Assembly (NCBI GenBank): GCA_038205215.1
Contig: JBBRCB010000009.1
Span: 31,161 to 95,160 of the forward strand
Reading direction: 5' to 3'
DNA length: 64,000 nt
DNA from: Chitinophagales bacterium
GTDB taxonomy: Bacteria; Bacteroidota; Bacteroidia; Chitinophagales; Chitinophagaceae
Shown here: positions 1 through 8,965 of the stretch, piece by piece
How positions within the stretch are numbered: the stretch's first letter is position 1
Layout of the letters: each line of letters starts with the position of its first letter
The notes under the pieces: generated by a model
What the model was told of the DNA's origin: nothing
What the model saw: the letters and a program-made list of their open reading frames with translations, nothing else
The model's database searches: none
Translations under genes and position numbers: made by a program

Positions 1-669
1 CAATACGAATTGTATTTTTTGCATCCATTCGTCTTTTATTAAAGAACAATCTATGCCAGTACCATCTGTAGCGCATTGTACTTCGTACTTTGTACTTACA
101 AACATTTCTCCTGTATACCTCCAAAGTTCTTCAACAGCTTTCCCTATTCTTATTTTACTTTCTTCGGTACCATCGCCCAGGCGTATCACCCATTCACTGC
201 TCCAGCGTACATGGTATTTAGTTTCTTTTAATGACTTGACTGCAATTGCAGCGAGCTGTTCATCTTTGCTGAATTGTAATTTTTCAAAAAGTAAATATTG
301 ATACTGGCTGAATAAATACTGGCGCAAAATTGTTTGCCCCCAATCACCATTGGGTTGTTCAACTAATAATAAATTTTTAAATTCTCTTTCTTTTCTAAGA
401 TAAGCCAACTGGTCTTCATCGGTGGGGTTTATTGGTTTATTGCCCGGCAGGCTCAACAACATCCGTTCGGACGGGGTTGATTGGTTTATTAGTAAGGCAG
501 CGTATTGATAAAAATTTCTTGATTGCCCCAACAGGTCCAAAGAAATATTGGTGATGGCAATATCCTGTTCCAATACAGGCCCGTGCCCACACCATGCGGC
601 ATTTTGCTGTGCAAGAATTAAAGTAGTATCTGCTAAATGCAGGGTATAGTTTATTAAAGAGTTATTCAT
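1..669 (-). CDS. paaC: 1,2-phenylacetyl-CoA epoxidase subunit PaaC (3' end runs off the left edge)
   Basis: Hand translation of the reverse strand from ATG 669-667 gives MNNSLINYTLHLADTTLILAQQN... and reads ...DEWMQKIQFVL into base 1. The interior was not hand-translated. Sits directly after paaA-paaB. Absent from the ORF track because it has no stop in the window. Confidence 0.7.
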   Translation of the reverse strand, partial: MNNSLINYTLHLADTTLILAQQNAAWCGHGPVLEQDIAITNISLDLLGQSRNFYQYAALLINQSTPSERMLLSLPGNKPINPTDEDQLAYLRKEREFKNLLLVEQPNGDWGQTILRQYLFSQYQYLLFEKLQFSKDEQLAAIAVKSLKETKYHVRWSSEWVIRLGDGTEESKIRIGKAVEELWRYTGEMFVSTKYEVQCATDGTGIDCSLIKDEWMQKIQFVL

Positions 670-696
670 TATCCATTTTAAAATTATCCATTAAAC

Positions 697-1062
697 TCAC
701 ATATGGTTTACTTCGTCAGGCAGCACATAAAAAGTTGGATGCCGGTAAATTTTGTCCACTGCGGGTTCATACAGTTCGCCGGCTTCTTCCGGGTTGGAAG
801 CGGTAATATATTTGCTTTCCACAACCCAGATGCTGATGCCTTCCTGCCTCCTGGTATACACATCCCTTGCATTTTCGATTGCCATTGCTGCGTCTGTTGC
901 GTGCAGGCTGCCTACATGTTTATGATCGAGGCCCTGTTTGCTGCGGACAAATATTTCCCATAGCGGCCAGGCGTTGCTGTCATTCTCTGTTTTGTAAATA
1001 TTACCCGAAGCTTTTTCTTCAGGGATATCGCCGTAATAAAATTTAATGATCTGTATTTTCAT
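697..1062 (-). CDS. paaB: 1,2-phenylacetyl-CoA epoxidase subunit PaaB
   Basis: 121-aa ORF. PaaB-like core (WPLWEIFVRSK...HVGSLHA.D...A...ARDVYTRR). Lies between paaA and paaC. Confidence 0.85.
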   Translation of the reverse strand: MKIQIIKFYYGDIPEEKASGNIYKTENDSNAWPLWEIFVRSKQGLDHKHVGSLHATDAAMAIENARDVYTRRQEGISIWVVESKYITASNPEEAGELYEPAVDKIYRHPTFYVLPDEVNHM

Positions 1063-1080
1063 CGGAAAATATTTTAATTA

Positions 1081-2055
1081 TTATGCTGCTTTTTCTTTGG
1101 ACTGACCCGCTGCGGATTTTTTTGCCGCATAGGCCATCGCCGCTTCCCTTACCCATTTTCCCTCTTCGTGCGCTTTTCGCCTGGCTTCCAATCTTTGCTT
1201 ATTGCAAGGGCCTTTTCCTTTTACTACGTTCCAGAATTCTTCCCAATTGATTTCGCCAAAATCGTAATGCTTCCTGTTCTCGTTCCATTTTAATTGATCA
1301 TCGGGTAATTGCATGCCCAATAATTTTACCTGCTCTGCGATCATATCTACAAACTGCTGGCGCAATTCATCATTGGTCTTGCGTTTTATTTTCCACTTCA
1401 TGCTTTGGTCGCTGTTGGTGCTTTCCGAATCTTTGGGGCCAAACATCATCAATGAAGGCCACCACCACCGGTTGATCGCATCCTGGCACATGTCTTTTTG
1501 TTCATCAGTTCCCTTCGATAAAACCAACAGCGATTCAAAACCCTGGCGCTGATGAAAACTTTCTTCTTTGCAGATACGCACCATCGCTCTTGCATACGGG
1601 CCATAACTTGTTCGGCACAGCATTACCTGGTTTAATATTGCCGCGCCATCCACCAGCCATCCTACCGCGCCCATATCTGCCCATGTTAATGTGGGGTAAT
1701 TAAAAATAGAAGAATATTTTGCTTTGCCGCTGTGCAGGTCATTGATCATTTCATCCCTTGATGAACCGAGCGTTTCGGCTGCGCAGTATAAGTACAGCCC
1801 ATGGCCTGCTTCATCCTGCACCTTTGCAATTAAGATCGCTTTGCGTTTTAATGAGGGGGCACGGCTGATCCAGTTGCCTTCCGGCAACATACCTACTATC
1901 TCGCTGTGTGCGTGCTGGCTGATCTGCCGGATATTGGTTTTGCGATAGGCTTCCGGCATCCAGTCCTTAGGCTCGATCTTAGTTTCAAGATCGATCTTTT
2001 GATCGAATATTTTTTCTCCAAAGGAATAGTTGTATACAAAATCCTTTACGGCCAT
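1081..2055 (-). CDS. paaA: 1,2-phenylacetyl-CoA epoxidase catalytic subunit PaaA
   Basis: 324-aa ORF with di-iron ferritin-like motifs ([16 protein letters not shown]). Operon context paaA-B-C. Confidence 0.9.
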   Translation of the reverse strand: MAVKDFVYNYSFGEKIFDQKIDLETKIEPKDWMPEAYRKTNIRQISQHAHSEIVGMLPEGNWISRAPSLKRKAILIAKVQDEAGHGLYLYCAAETLGSSRDEMINDLHSGKAKYSSIFNYPTLTWADMGAVGWLVDGAAILNQVMLCRTSYGPYARAMVRICKEESFHQRQGFESLLVLSKGTDEQKDMCQDAINRWWWPSLMMFGPKDSESTNSDQSMKWKIKRKTNDELRQQFVDMIAEQVKLLGMQLPDDQLKWNENRKHYDFGEINWEEFWNVVKGKGPCNKQRLEARRKAHEEGKWVREAAMAYAAKKSAAGQSKEKAA

Positions 2056-2089
2056 AACAATGAATTTAGGGCATAAAAATAATATAAAA

Positions 2090-2107
2090 AACTAACAGTT
2101 GTTAGTT
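2090..2107. promoter_or_regulatory. Palindrome AACTAACA-GT-TGTTAGTT upstream of paaA; candidate TetR/PaaR-type operator
   Basis: Perfect 8-nt arms, 35-52 nt upstream of the paaA start. A near-identical site lies upstream of the tetR gene at 6891-6909. Confidence 0.4.
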
Positions 2108-2304
2108 AAATTTCAAATCGATTATTTAAAGCTTTCTGCTATTAGAAAATAACAGCTAACAGCTATTGATTTTCTTTTGTGCTATGTTGATTGAAAACCA
2201 GGTTGAGCAGGTGGATTAAGACGAGTTTACAGGAATTTTTTAATGAAGGGCGCATAAAATTTTATTCCAGCAGCTCCGGTTCGTTTGGTAACAGCGGGTA
2301 ATAA

Positions 2305-2985
2305 TTATACCCAGTTATTCTTATGAGCCAAACTAATGATTTGTGCCTTACTGTTTACATGTAATTTTTGATACACGTTGGCAATATGTTTACGGATTGT
2401 CAGCACACTAATATCAAGTAGGGTGGCAATGCGCTTTGCATCAAGCCCATTGATGGTATGTAACAAGATTTCTTTTTCTCTTTCGGTAACCAATGCATCC
2501 AGCAAATGGGACTCAGTAGCTTTTGTTCCATGTTGAAGCTGGGCCTTGCTCAGCATTTCCAGGGCTTTTCGGGCAATGGCGGCGCTCATCGGCGCCCCGC
2601 CATTCTGTACTACGTTAGTGATGGCATTGTGTAATACTATTGCATTTTCATCTTTAAGCAAATACCCATGCGCTCCTGCTTTGATGGCTTCGAAGATCTT
2701 ATCGTCATCATCAAATATGGTGAGTACAATAAAATAGATTTCGGGATACAATGCCCTTGCAAGGTTTATGGTTTGCACACCATCCATACCCGGCATTTCA
2801 AGATCCATAAAAATGACCTGCGGTATTTTTTCTACGGGCAAGCCTTTCAATTGTTCCAAACAATCATGTCCATTCACTGCAATAAAACAAAAATCAAGGT
2901 CTTCAAATTGTTTTATTTTTTCAGTGATACTGTTACGGTTTATCGCTTTATCATCTACCAATCCTATTTTTACCGGTTTACTCAT
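2305..2985 (-). CDS. NarL/FixJ (LuxR)-family response regulator (REC + LuxR HTH)
   Basis: 226 aa. Receiver motifs (LVDD, MDLEMPGMDG). C-terminal LuxR HTH (TEREKEIL...RKHIANVYQKLHV). Confidence 0.9.
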   Translation of the reverse strand: MSKPVKIGLVDDKAINRNSITEKIKQFEDLDFCFIAVNGHDCLEQLKGLPVEKIPQVIFMDLEMPGMDGVQTINLARALYPEIYFIVLTIFDDDDKIFEAIKAGAHGYLLKDENAIVLHNAITNVVQNGGAPMSAAIARKALEMLSKAQLQHGTKATESHLLDALVTEREKEILLHTINGLDAKRIATLLDISVLTIRKHIANVYQKLHVNSKAQIISLAHKNNWV

Positions 2986-3033
2986 TTCATTTTTTTCCTT
3001 CTGTAAAGTCTTTGTTTTTTAAGCAAATGGCAA

Positions 3034-3049
3034 TACCTAATTTGTAGTA
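3034..3049. promoter_or_regulatory. 7-2-7 inverted repeat TACCTAA-TT-TGTAGTA at the kinase/regulator junction
   Basis: NarL-like heptamer geometry. Overlaps the kinase stop codon, 49 nt upstream of the regulator start. Equivalent position to the site at 36057-36072. Confidence 0.25.
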
Positions 3050-5001
3050 TTGGCCTGCAATAATAAACAGGTGCCTTTCCCGGCTATGGAGGCGATCTTG
3101 AGCTGCATACCAATTTCTTTTGCTCTTGCCTTCATATTAAGCAGGCCATTGCCCCCCGCTGCAGTATTGTCCTGTATACCCTTTCCGTTATCGGTAATTT
3201 CAATTACTATGTTGTTGTCGCTGCTGATCACGATATTGATATTGGCCGCGTCGCTATGCTTTAAAGCATTGTGCAAAGCTTCCTGCACTATCCGGAAGAT
3301 ATTGAGTGCATTTTGTGAACTCAGGCGGGCATCATTCTTTATATTTTCCGTCACCACAAAATGGATCTTATCATAGGTAGGCTGCAGTTTACTGATATAA
3401 TTTTTTATCCTGTCGCTGAGACCTGTAACAGTGATATGGTCTTTATTGAGTACCCAGATCGTATCCCGCAATGAATTAATGATCTCCTGCGAATGTTGCT
3501 GCAGGTTGCGGAGTGTGGACATATTGTTTTGTAAACCGTTATCAGTGATCTTTTCCACGTCGGCCCGTATAGCAGATGCATAAGCGCCAATATTATCATG
3601 CAGGTCGGTAGCAATTCTTTTTCGTTCATTTTCTTCCGCAGCAGCAATGGCCTGTTCTGATAAATATTTTTCTTCTTTCCGCAGCAATTCGTTTTTGAGG
3701 GTTTGTTTTTTCCTGTAAATAGTAAACAAAGAATAAAATACGATGATACCTAATATCAATAGACCTACTGAGCCGTATATCCAGTAATTTTTTTTGATCA
3801 ATGATAAATTTTGCTGGGCGATGATATTACTGTTCTTTTCCGTTTCATACTTTGTCTGCATTTCTGCGAGTGATTGGGCAGAATTTTTTTGGTACACAGA
3901 ATCTTTAAGCCTGATAATGGTTTCCAATATCTCAGCATATTTGCCCATATTACCGGCGGCCTTATAGTTATCAGCGAGGCTGCCGTAGAGAAAAAAAAGT
4001 TTGGTATCTAATTTATATTTTTTTGCGATGGCAATTCCTTCTTCGCATATAGCGATTCCTTTTTCCGGTTGCCCATAATGCGCATAATAAAAACCCAGCT
4101 GCGACATATCAGAAGCGATATAGAAAGGGTCACCAATTTTTTTTCTTATTTCAATAGCCTCTTTTAAAATGGGTTCTGATAATTTGGCCTGCCCGTTCTT
4201 AACATACAATTCCGATTGAATAGCAAGACAATTTGACAATGCAAATAAGTTTTCATGCTTACGTGCATAAGTAATACCCTTGTTGATAAAATAGAATGCA
4301 GAATCTGTTTTACCAATACCATTATAGTTAGTTGCCAGGTTAGCAAAAAGGATGGCATATTTTTCTAAAAGCAGGGTATCCGTTGTAGTATGCAGGGCTT
4401 TTAAATGCCAGTTTAAAGCATCCCTCAATTGCCCCATTTCCAGGTAAGCCCAGCCAATTAATGTTTTCCCTTTTACCTGCAACAAAACTTCATTGGCTTT
4501 TTCGCCAAAAGCAATGGTTTTGTATCCCATATCAATAGCTTCTTTGTATTGATTTTTTCTTACATAGCATCGCCCCTTTTGGTTATACAAATTAGCTTTA
4601 AGTACAAGATCATTATCTGCTGTTGATAACAGGGAGAGGCACTTATTGGCGAGGTTTAGTGAAGAATCGATAAGGCCTTTTGTAGTAAGCGCGCCGGTAA
4701 TATAATACATGGCATAGATCTCATCGTGCAGGTTATTGGATTCTTTTGCAAGAGCTCCTGCATTTTCTGCATAATTCAATAATGTATCCGGGTGTAAACT
4801 ATAGCCCAGGTCACATAAAGCAAAAATGGCCTGCACTTTTTCCTGTTTTGAATTTGCCTGGGCAATATTATTTTTTAGATCTTCGATTATTTTTGTTTGG
4901 GCAATGCCCTGGTAAAAAAATAGCTGTAAAATTATTATCGTTATGTAAACAATAGGTTTCATTAAATATTTTGTCGATGATTTTTTTATAAATGTATTCA
5001 T
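3037..5001 (-). CDS. Sensor histidine kinase, N-terminal signal/TM + TPR repeats + TM + HisKA_3 + HATPase_c
   Basis: 654 aa. TPR-like repeats over residues about 60-380. TM helix (YWIYGSVGLLILGIIVFY). H-box DLHDNIG. GxGxG ATP lid (DNGKGI...GGNGL). Confidence 0.88.
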   Translation of the reverse strand: MNTFIKKSSTKYLMKPIVYITIIILQLFFYQGIAQTKIIEDLKNNIAQANSKQEKVQAIFALCDLGYSLHPDTLLNYAENAGALAKESNNLHDEIYAMYYITGALTTKGLIDSSLNLANKCLSLLSTADNDLVLKANLYNQKGRCYVRKNQYKEAIDMGYKTIAFGEKANEVLLQVKGKTLIGWAYLEMGQLRDALNWHLKALHTTTDTLLLEKYAILFANLATNYNGIGKTDSAFYFINKGITYARKHENLFALSNCLAIQSELYVKNGQAKLSEPILKEAIEIRKKIGDPFYIASDMSQLGFYYAHYGQPEKGIAICEEGIAIAKKYKLDTKLFFLYGSLADNYKAAGNMGKYAEILETIIRLKDSVYQKNSAQSLAEMQTKYETEKNSNIIAQQNLSLIKKNYWIYGSVGLLILGIIVFYSLFTIYRKKQTLKNELLRKEEKYLSEQAIAAAEENERKRIATDLHDNIGAYASAIRADVEKITDNGLQNNMSTLRNLQQHSQEIINSLRDTIWVLNKDHITVTGLSDRIKNYISKLQPTYDKIHFVVTENIKNDARLSSQNALNIFRIVQEALHNALKHSDAANINIVISSDNNIVIEITDNGKGIQDNTAAGGNGLLNMKARAKEIGMQLKIASIAGKGTCLLLQANTTN

Positions 5002-5206
5002 TTTTCTGCGGAAGACCTACCGTACTATAAATTAAGGTATTGGTTTAAAAAGCAGGCAATAAATATAATATAACAGCATTGCCTAGAGGCTTTTACCGGA
5101 TGCAATTAACTACCGGCAATGAAATGCATACACAAAAATAGTTAACGAATAAAAAAGGTAAGTAGGCCTTTTCTTCATGTGCACCGCTATTTTTGACGGG
5201 CCCTTT

Positions 5207-6280
5207 TTATTTTATGTCAAAATCAACCACTACTATTTCGGTGGTAGGATGGCTTTGACAGGTCAATATAAAACCCTGTTCCACTTCTTCCTGTTCCAAA
5301 CCCCAGTTCACTTCCATTTCTACCTTGCCCTCCAAAAGCTTTGCTTTACAGGTACAGCATACACCAGCTTTGCACGCAAAGGGCAGATCTGCGCCTTGTT
5401 TTATCGCGGCGTCTAAGATCGAATCATTATTGAAGCCAAGATCAAAATCAAAGCTTCTTCCATCAAGCTTTACCGTTATTTTGCTTTTAGGCCCGCTGTC
5501 TTTGTGCTCAGTACTTTGTACTTTAATCGTCTTTTGACCAGGTGTTGTAAACAATTCAAAGTGAATTTTCTTTTGATCAATGCCCAACTGTACCAGGAAA
5601 TCTTTTACACAAAAGATCATTTCCTCCGGGCCGCAGATAAAAAATTCATCAATGCCATTATAGTTAACCAGTTTATTTAATTCCATTAGTTTTTGCCGGT
5701 CAATTCTTCCATAATTAATGGGGGCATCTGTTTTTTCCCTGCTTAATATATTGATCAAGTTAAAACGCTGCAGGTATTTATTTTTTATTCCTTCCAGTTC
5801 TTCAAAAAAGATAATGGAGGAGCGGCTGCGGTTACCAAAGACCAATGTGAAACTGCTTTGCGGTTCTGTTTGCAAGCTTGTTTTAATGATGGACAATACC
5901 GGTGTAATGCCACTGCCCGCTGCAAAAGCCACATAATTTTTTTTGTTGGCGGGTTGCAGTGGGGTATTGAATTTGCCTGTGGGTGGCAACACGTCTATTT
6001 CGTCACCTGCTTTTAAAATCTCATTGGCATAAGTAGAAAATTTTCCACCATCCACCTTTTTTACTGCAACTTTTAATTCATTTTCAAAAGCCGCGCTGCA
6101 GATAGAATACGAACGGCGTATCTCTTCACCATCAAGGTTTTTTTTCAGGGTGATATTTTGTCCCTGATCAAATGAAAATGTTTTTTTCAATTCTTCAGGA
6201 ACAATAAAGGCAATAGAAACACAATCGGGCGTTTCTTTTTTTACTGCCTTGATCTTTAATTTGTGGAAATGAACAGCCAT
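5207..6280 (-). CDS. paaE: Phenylacetate-CoA epoxidase reductase subunit PaaE/PaaK (FNR-like + 2Fe-2S ferredoxin)
   Basis: 357 aa. FAD motif RSYSICS, NAD motif AAGSGITP. C-terminal plant-type ferredoxin cysteines CKAGVCCTC...C. Confidence 0.85.
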   Translation of the reverse strand: MAVHFHKLKIKAVKKETPDCVSIAFIVPEELKKTFSFDQGQNITLKKNLDGEEIRRSYSICSAAFENELKVAVKKVDGGKFSTYANEILKAGDEIDVLPPTGKFNTPLQPANKKNYVAFAAGSGITPVLSIIKTSLQTEPQSSFTLVFGNRSRSSIIFFEELEGIKNKYLQRFNLINILSREKTDAPINYGRIDRQKLMELNKLVNYNGIDEFFICGPEEMIFCVKDFLVQLGIDQKKIHFELFTTPGQKTIKVQSTEHKDSGPKSKITVKLDGRSFDFDLGFNNDSILDAAIKQGADLPFACKAGVCCTCKAKLLEGKVEMEVNWGLEQEEVEQGFILTCQSHPTTEIVVVDFDIK

Positions 6281-6284
6281 AGAC

Positions 6285-6875
6285 TTATTTTACGATGCCA
6301 TTTAATAAATGCGTTACCATATCATCCTGCAAAACCGCGGTACTTATATTTTTTTTATGCCGTTGCCAGAATTCAAGTCCGCGTACGGCCGACAACAGCG
6401 TAAGTACCGCTACATAAGGATTAATGGATCTTAATTCTTTTTTCCTGATGCCCTCTTCCAATATAGCTACCAAACGTTTTTCGTAATGACGGCGCTGGTT
6501 TAAAAAATTACTCAGGAAAGGTTCCTGCAAATGTTTCCATTCATGGTTGGCAACAAATACGGTATCAAATTCATCCAGCATCATGCTGATATGAAAACGT
6601 ATGATCATTTCTATCTTATTGACCGCACTGCAGTTTTGCTCTTCGGTTGCTATTAGCTGGCTGGTGAAGTCATTCGCTACTTTAAAGCAAATAGCCTGTA
6701 ATAATTCACTCTTGCTGCCAATATGGTTATACAAACTCGGCGCTTCCACGCCAACGGCTTCGGCAAGTTCTCTCATGGAAGCCGCATTAAAACCCTTCAT
6801 CCTGAACAATGACGATGCCTTTGTTATGATGACGTCCTTTTTGCTGGTATTTTTACCGGGCTTTATTTTTGCCAA
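6285..6875 (-). CDS. TetR/AcrR-family transcriptional regulator (candidate paa repressor)
   Basis: 196 aa. N-terminal TetR HTH (FRMKGFNAASMRELAEAVGVEAPSLYNH). Only a TTG start is available in frame. 4 nt upstream of paaE. Confidence 0.85.
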   Translation of the reverse strand: MAKIKPGKNTSKKDVIITKASSLFRMKGFNAASMRELAEAVGVEAPSLYNHIGSKSELLQAICFKVANDFTSQLIATEEQNCSAVNKIEMIIRFHISMMLDEFDTVFVANHEWKHLQEPFLSNFLNQRRHYEKRLVAILEEGIRKKELRSINPYVAVLTLLSAVRGLEFWQRHKKNISTAVLQDDMVTHLLNGIVK

Positions 6876-6890
6876 CTTATCTTTTTTACA

Positions 6891-6909
6891 AAACTAACGC
6901 TTATTAGTT
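6891..6909. promoter_or_regulatory. AAACTAACGCTTATTAGTT, second copy of the paa operator-like palindrome
   Basis: 16 of 19 positions identical to 2089-2107. Lies 16-34 nt upstream of the tetR start. Confidence 0.4.
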
Positions 6910-6981
6910 TTTGTATTTTATTTTTTATAACTTTTCGAACTGGTATAAAATGCTAATTTTGCTACTGGAAAAACTTTAACT

Positions 6982-7866
6982 ATGCAATTACAAGCTGTAG
7001 ACACGGTTGATACGATCACTCCTGAGGATTTTAAGAATAAGTATTATAATACGATGAAGCCGGTGGTTATAAAAAACCTGTCCAAAGATTGGCCTGCCTA
7101 TAAAAAGTGGACCTGGGATTATTTTATTGATGTGGTTGGCAACAAGGAAGTAGGGGTATACAATAACATTAAAAGCGATGCTTATACTCCAATCAATACC
7201 GCGGATGCTTATATGAAGTTTGGTGATTACCTGAAGAAGGTTAAGGAAGGCCCGTTAGACCTGCGGATATTCCTTTTTAATATTTTCCAGCATGCGCCCC
7301 AATTGGTTAATGATTTTACATGGCCTGAAAATTTGATGAAAGGTTTTGTGAAAAAATACCCGATGCTTTTTGTAGGTGGCCAGGGCTCGGTTACCCATAT
7401 TCATTTTGATATTGATATGAGCCATATCTTACACACGCAGTTCATAGGGCGTAAAAAGGTATTGTTATTTCCATTTGAAGAGCAGTATAAGTTATACCGT
7501 AAACCATGGGAAGTGCTGAGCATGGCTAATTTTTCTAATTACAGCAAAGATTTTGATTACGAAAATTTCCCGGCGGTTAAATTGGCCAGGGGTTATGAAG
7601 TGATATTGGGACACGGCGATACCTTATTTATGCCGGCCGGTTACTGGCACCATATGGAATATATCGACGGGGGCTTTGCTATGAGTTTGAGGGCGCTGCA
7701 GGCTGATATTGGCGGTAAATTAACCGGCCTTTGGAAGCTTTTTGGCATGCGGAATATTGATACTTTAATGAAAAAAACAGCCCCAAAATGGTGGTATAAC
7801 CGCAAAAGGCGCCAATTATATGAGCTGGCCCAAAGAGAGCTTAAAACGGCCGGAAAAAATAAGTAA
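6982..7866 (+). CDS. Cupin-like / JmjC-domain protein
   Basis: 294 aa. Cupin_8/JmjC-type pattern (GSVTHIHFD ... GDTLFMPAGYWHH). Confidence 0.8.
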   Translation: MQLQAVDTVDTITPEDFKNKYYNTMKPVVIKNLSKDWPAYKKWTWDYFIDVVGNKEVGVYNNIKSDAYTPINTADAYMKFGDYLKKVKEGPLDLRIFLFNIFQHAPQLVNDFTWPENLMKGFVKKYPMLFVGGQGSVTHIHFDIDMSHILHTQFIGRKKVLLFPFEEQYKLYRKPWEVLSMANFSNYSKDFDYENFPAVKLARGYEVILGHGDTLFMPAGYWHHMEYIDGGFAMSLRALQADIGGKLTGLWKLFGMRNIDTLMKKTAPKWWYNRKRRQLYELAQRELKTAGKNK

Positions 7867-8079
7867 AATAAATTACATTAGTACAAAAAAATCATTACTT
7901 TTACAGCCTGCTTGGTTATTTAATCCACTCCAATCTTATTTAAAGCTTTCAGGTTGATTGTATTGTACAAGGCCATTATTATCCAATTACATTTTCTATT
8001 ATTCCAGGTTAACTATTTAAGGAAACTTATTATATAATATTATTTTACCTTTTTTTCTTGTGGTTTCAGAGGTAAGCAA

Positions 8080-8111
8080 GGCCGGAGATTTTTATCTCTG
8101 GCCATTTTTTT
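8080..8111 (+). terminator. Strong intrinsic terminator (10-bp stem GGCCGGAGAT/ATCTCTGGCC, loop TTTT, then A-T7)
   Basis: Read directly. Lies 214 nt downstream of the nearest co-directional stop (7866). Confidence 0.6.
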
Positions 8112-8208
8112 ACACAGCATTTAGCAGCAGGTCATCAGCTTTAAGCCACAAGGGATATGCATGCTATCCGAATATGTTATTTATCTCTTGTGGCTATTTC
8201 CCTTGTAG

Positions 8209-8868
8209 CTACGCTATCGCTGCGTTTAAAAAATCAACCATCGGTTTCATGGTTTTAAAAGTGGATGCAACATCTTTTACAAATGTTTTGTTTTGCACTT
8301 CAGCATCAGTGAATGCTTTGGAGACAACGAAACTTTTTAGTTTTAAGAATTTGATTGCAGGGTTGCTGTCTTCATAACCTTTGGGGGGCCTTACCAATGC
8401 TTCGCCTTTTACCCCTTCGGTAAATGTTTTTTTAAAAGCCGTATTACCCATGATCTTCTTCCAGTCATCAAAACTGTAATCGATCTCCTGCCTTATTTTA
8501 GACAGGTCTTTTGGTTCCGGCATCCACAAGCCACCCGCAGCAAAACTTTTCCCGGGTTCTATATGAAGGTAATAACCTGCCCCGCTACCCTTCTTTCCAT
8601 TCCTGTTGAAATAGCCGGCAATATTATTTTTATAAGGGCTTTTATCTTTACTGAAGCGAACATCTCTGTTGATGCGAAAGGTACAGTCCTTGGCATTTAG
8701 TTGCGCAATAGGCGGATCGAATACAGCAATGCCTTCAATTATTTTTTGCGTGAGTAAAAGAAAGTCTTCTTTCACCAAATCATATTGTTGGCGATGCCCT
8801 TCAAACCAGGGCCTGTTATTATTTTTCTTCAGGTCTTTTAAAAATTTTAAAGTAGCCGGCTGGAGCAT
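8209..8868 (-). CDS. DUF2461 (TIGR02453) family protein
   Basis: N-terminus MLQPATLKFLKDLKKNNNRPWFEGHR is typical of the family. The ATG at 8868 is preferred over the track start at 8904, which overlaps a terminator hairpin. Confidence 0.8.
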   Translation of the reverse strand: MLQPATLKFLKDLKKNNNRPWFEGHRQQYDLVKEDFLLLTQKIIEGIAVFDPPIAQLNAKDCTFRINRDVRFSKDKSPYKNNIAGYFNRNGKKGSGAGYYLHIEPGKSFAAGGLWMPEPKDLSKIRQEIDYSFDDWKKIMGNTAFKKTFTEGVKGEALVRPPKGYEDSNPAIKFLKLKSFVVSKAFTDAEVQNKTFVKDVASTFKTMKPMVDFLNAAIA

Positions 8869-8902
8869 AATATATTTTTTAGGACACAAATTTACATCAA
8901 AC

Positions 8903-8935
8903 AAAAAAGGAATCAGTATTCAACTGATTCCTTTT
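8903..8935 (-). terminator. Intrinsic terminator after the HNH gene
   Basis: Stem AAGGAATCAG/CTGATTCCTT, followed on the minus strand by TTTTTTG. Confidence 0.6.
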
Positions 8936-8965
8936 AATTATAATTTAGTACTTGCAACTTTTAAA

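Noticed and set aside
53-301. 82-aa plus-strand ORF at the left edge
   Set aside because: It lies antisense inside the paaC reading frame (reverse strand open from 669 to base 1 with PaaC-like sequence), so it is a shadow ORF.
2296-2312. GGGTA-ATAATTA-TACCC palindrome overlapping the regulator 1 stop codon
   Set aside because: The half-sites are in the outward orientation, opposite to the 7-2-7 family. It is a short single occurrence within coding sequence, so likely chance.
8060-8377. 105-aa plus-strand ORF (GTG start)
   Set aside because: It reads straight through an intrinsic terminator hairpin and then runs antisense to the DUF2461 gene.
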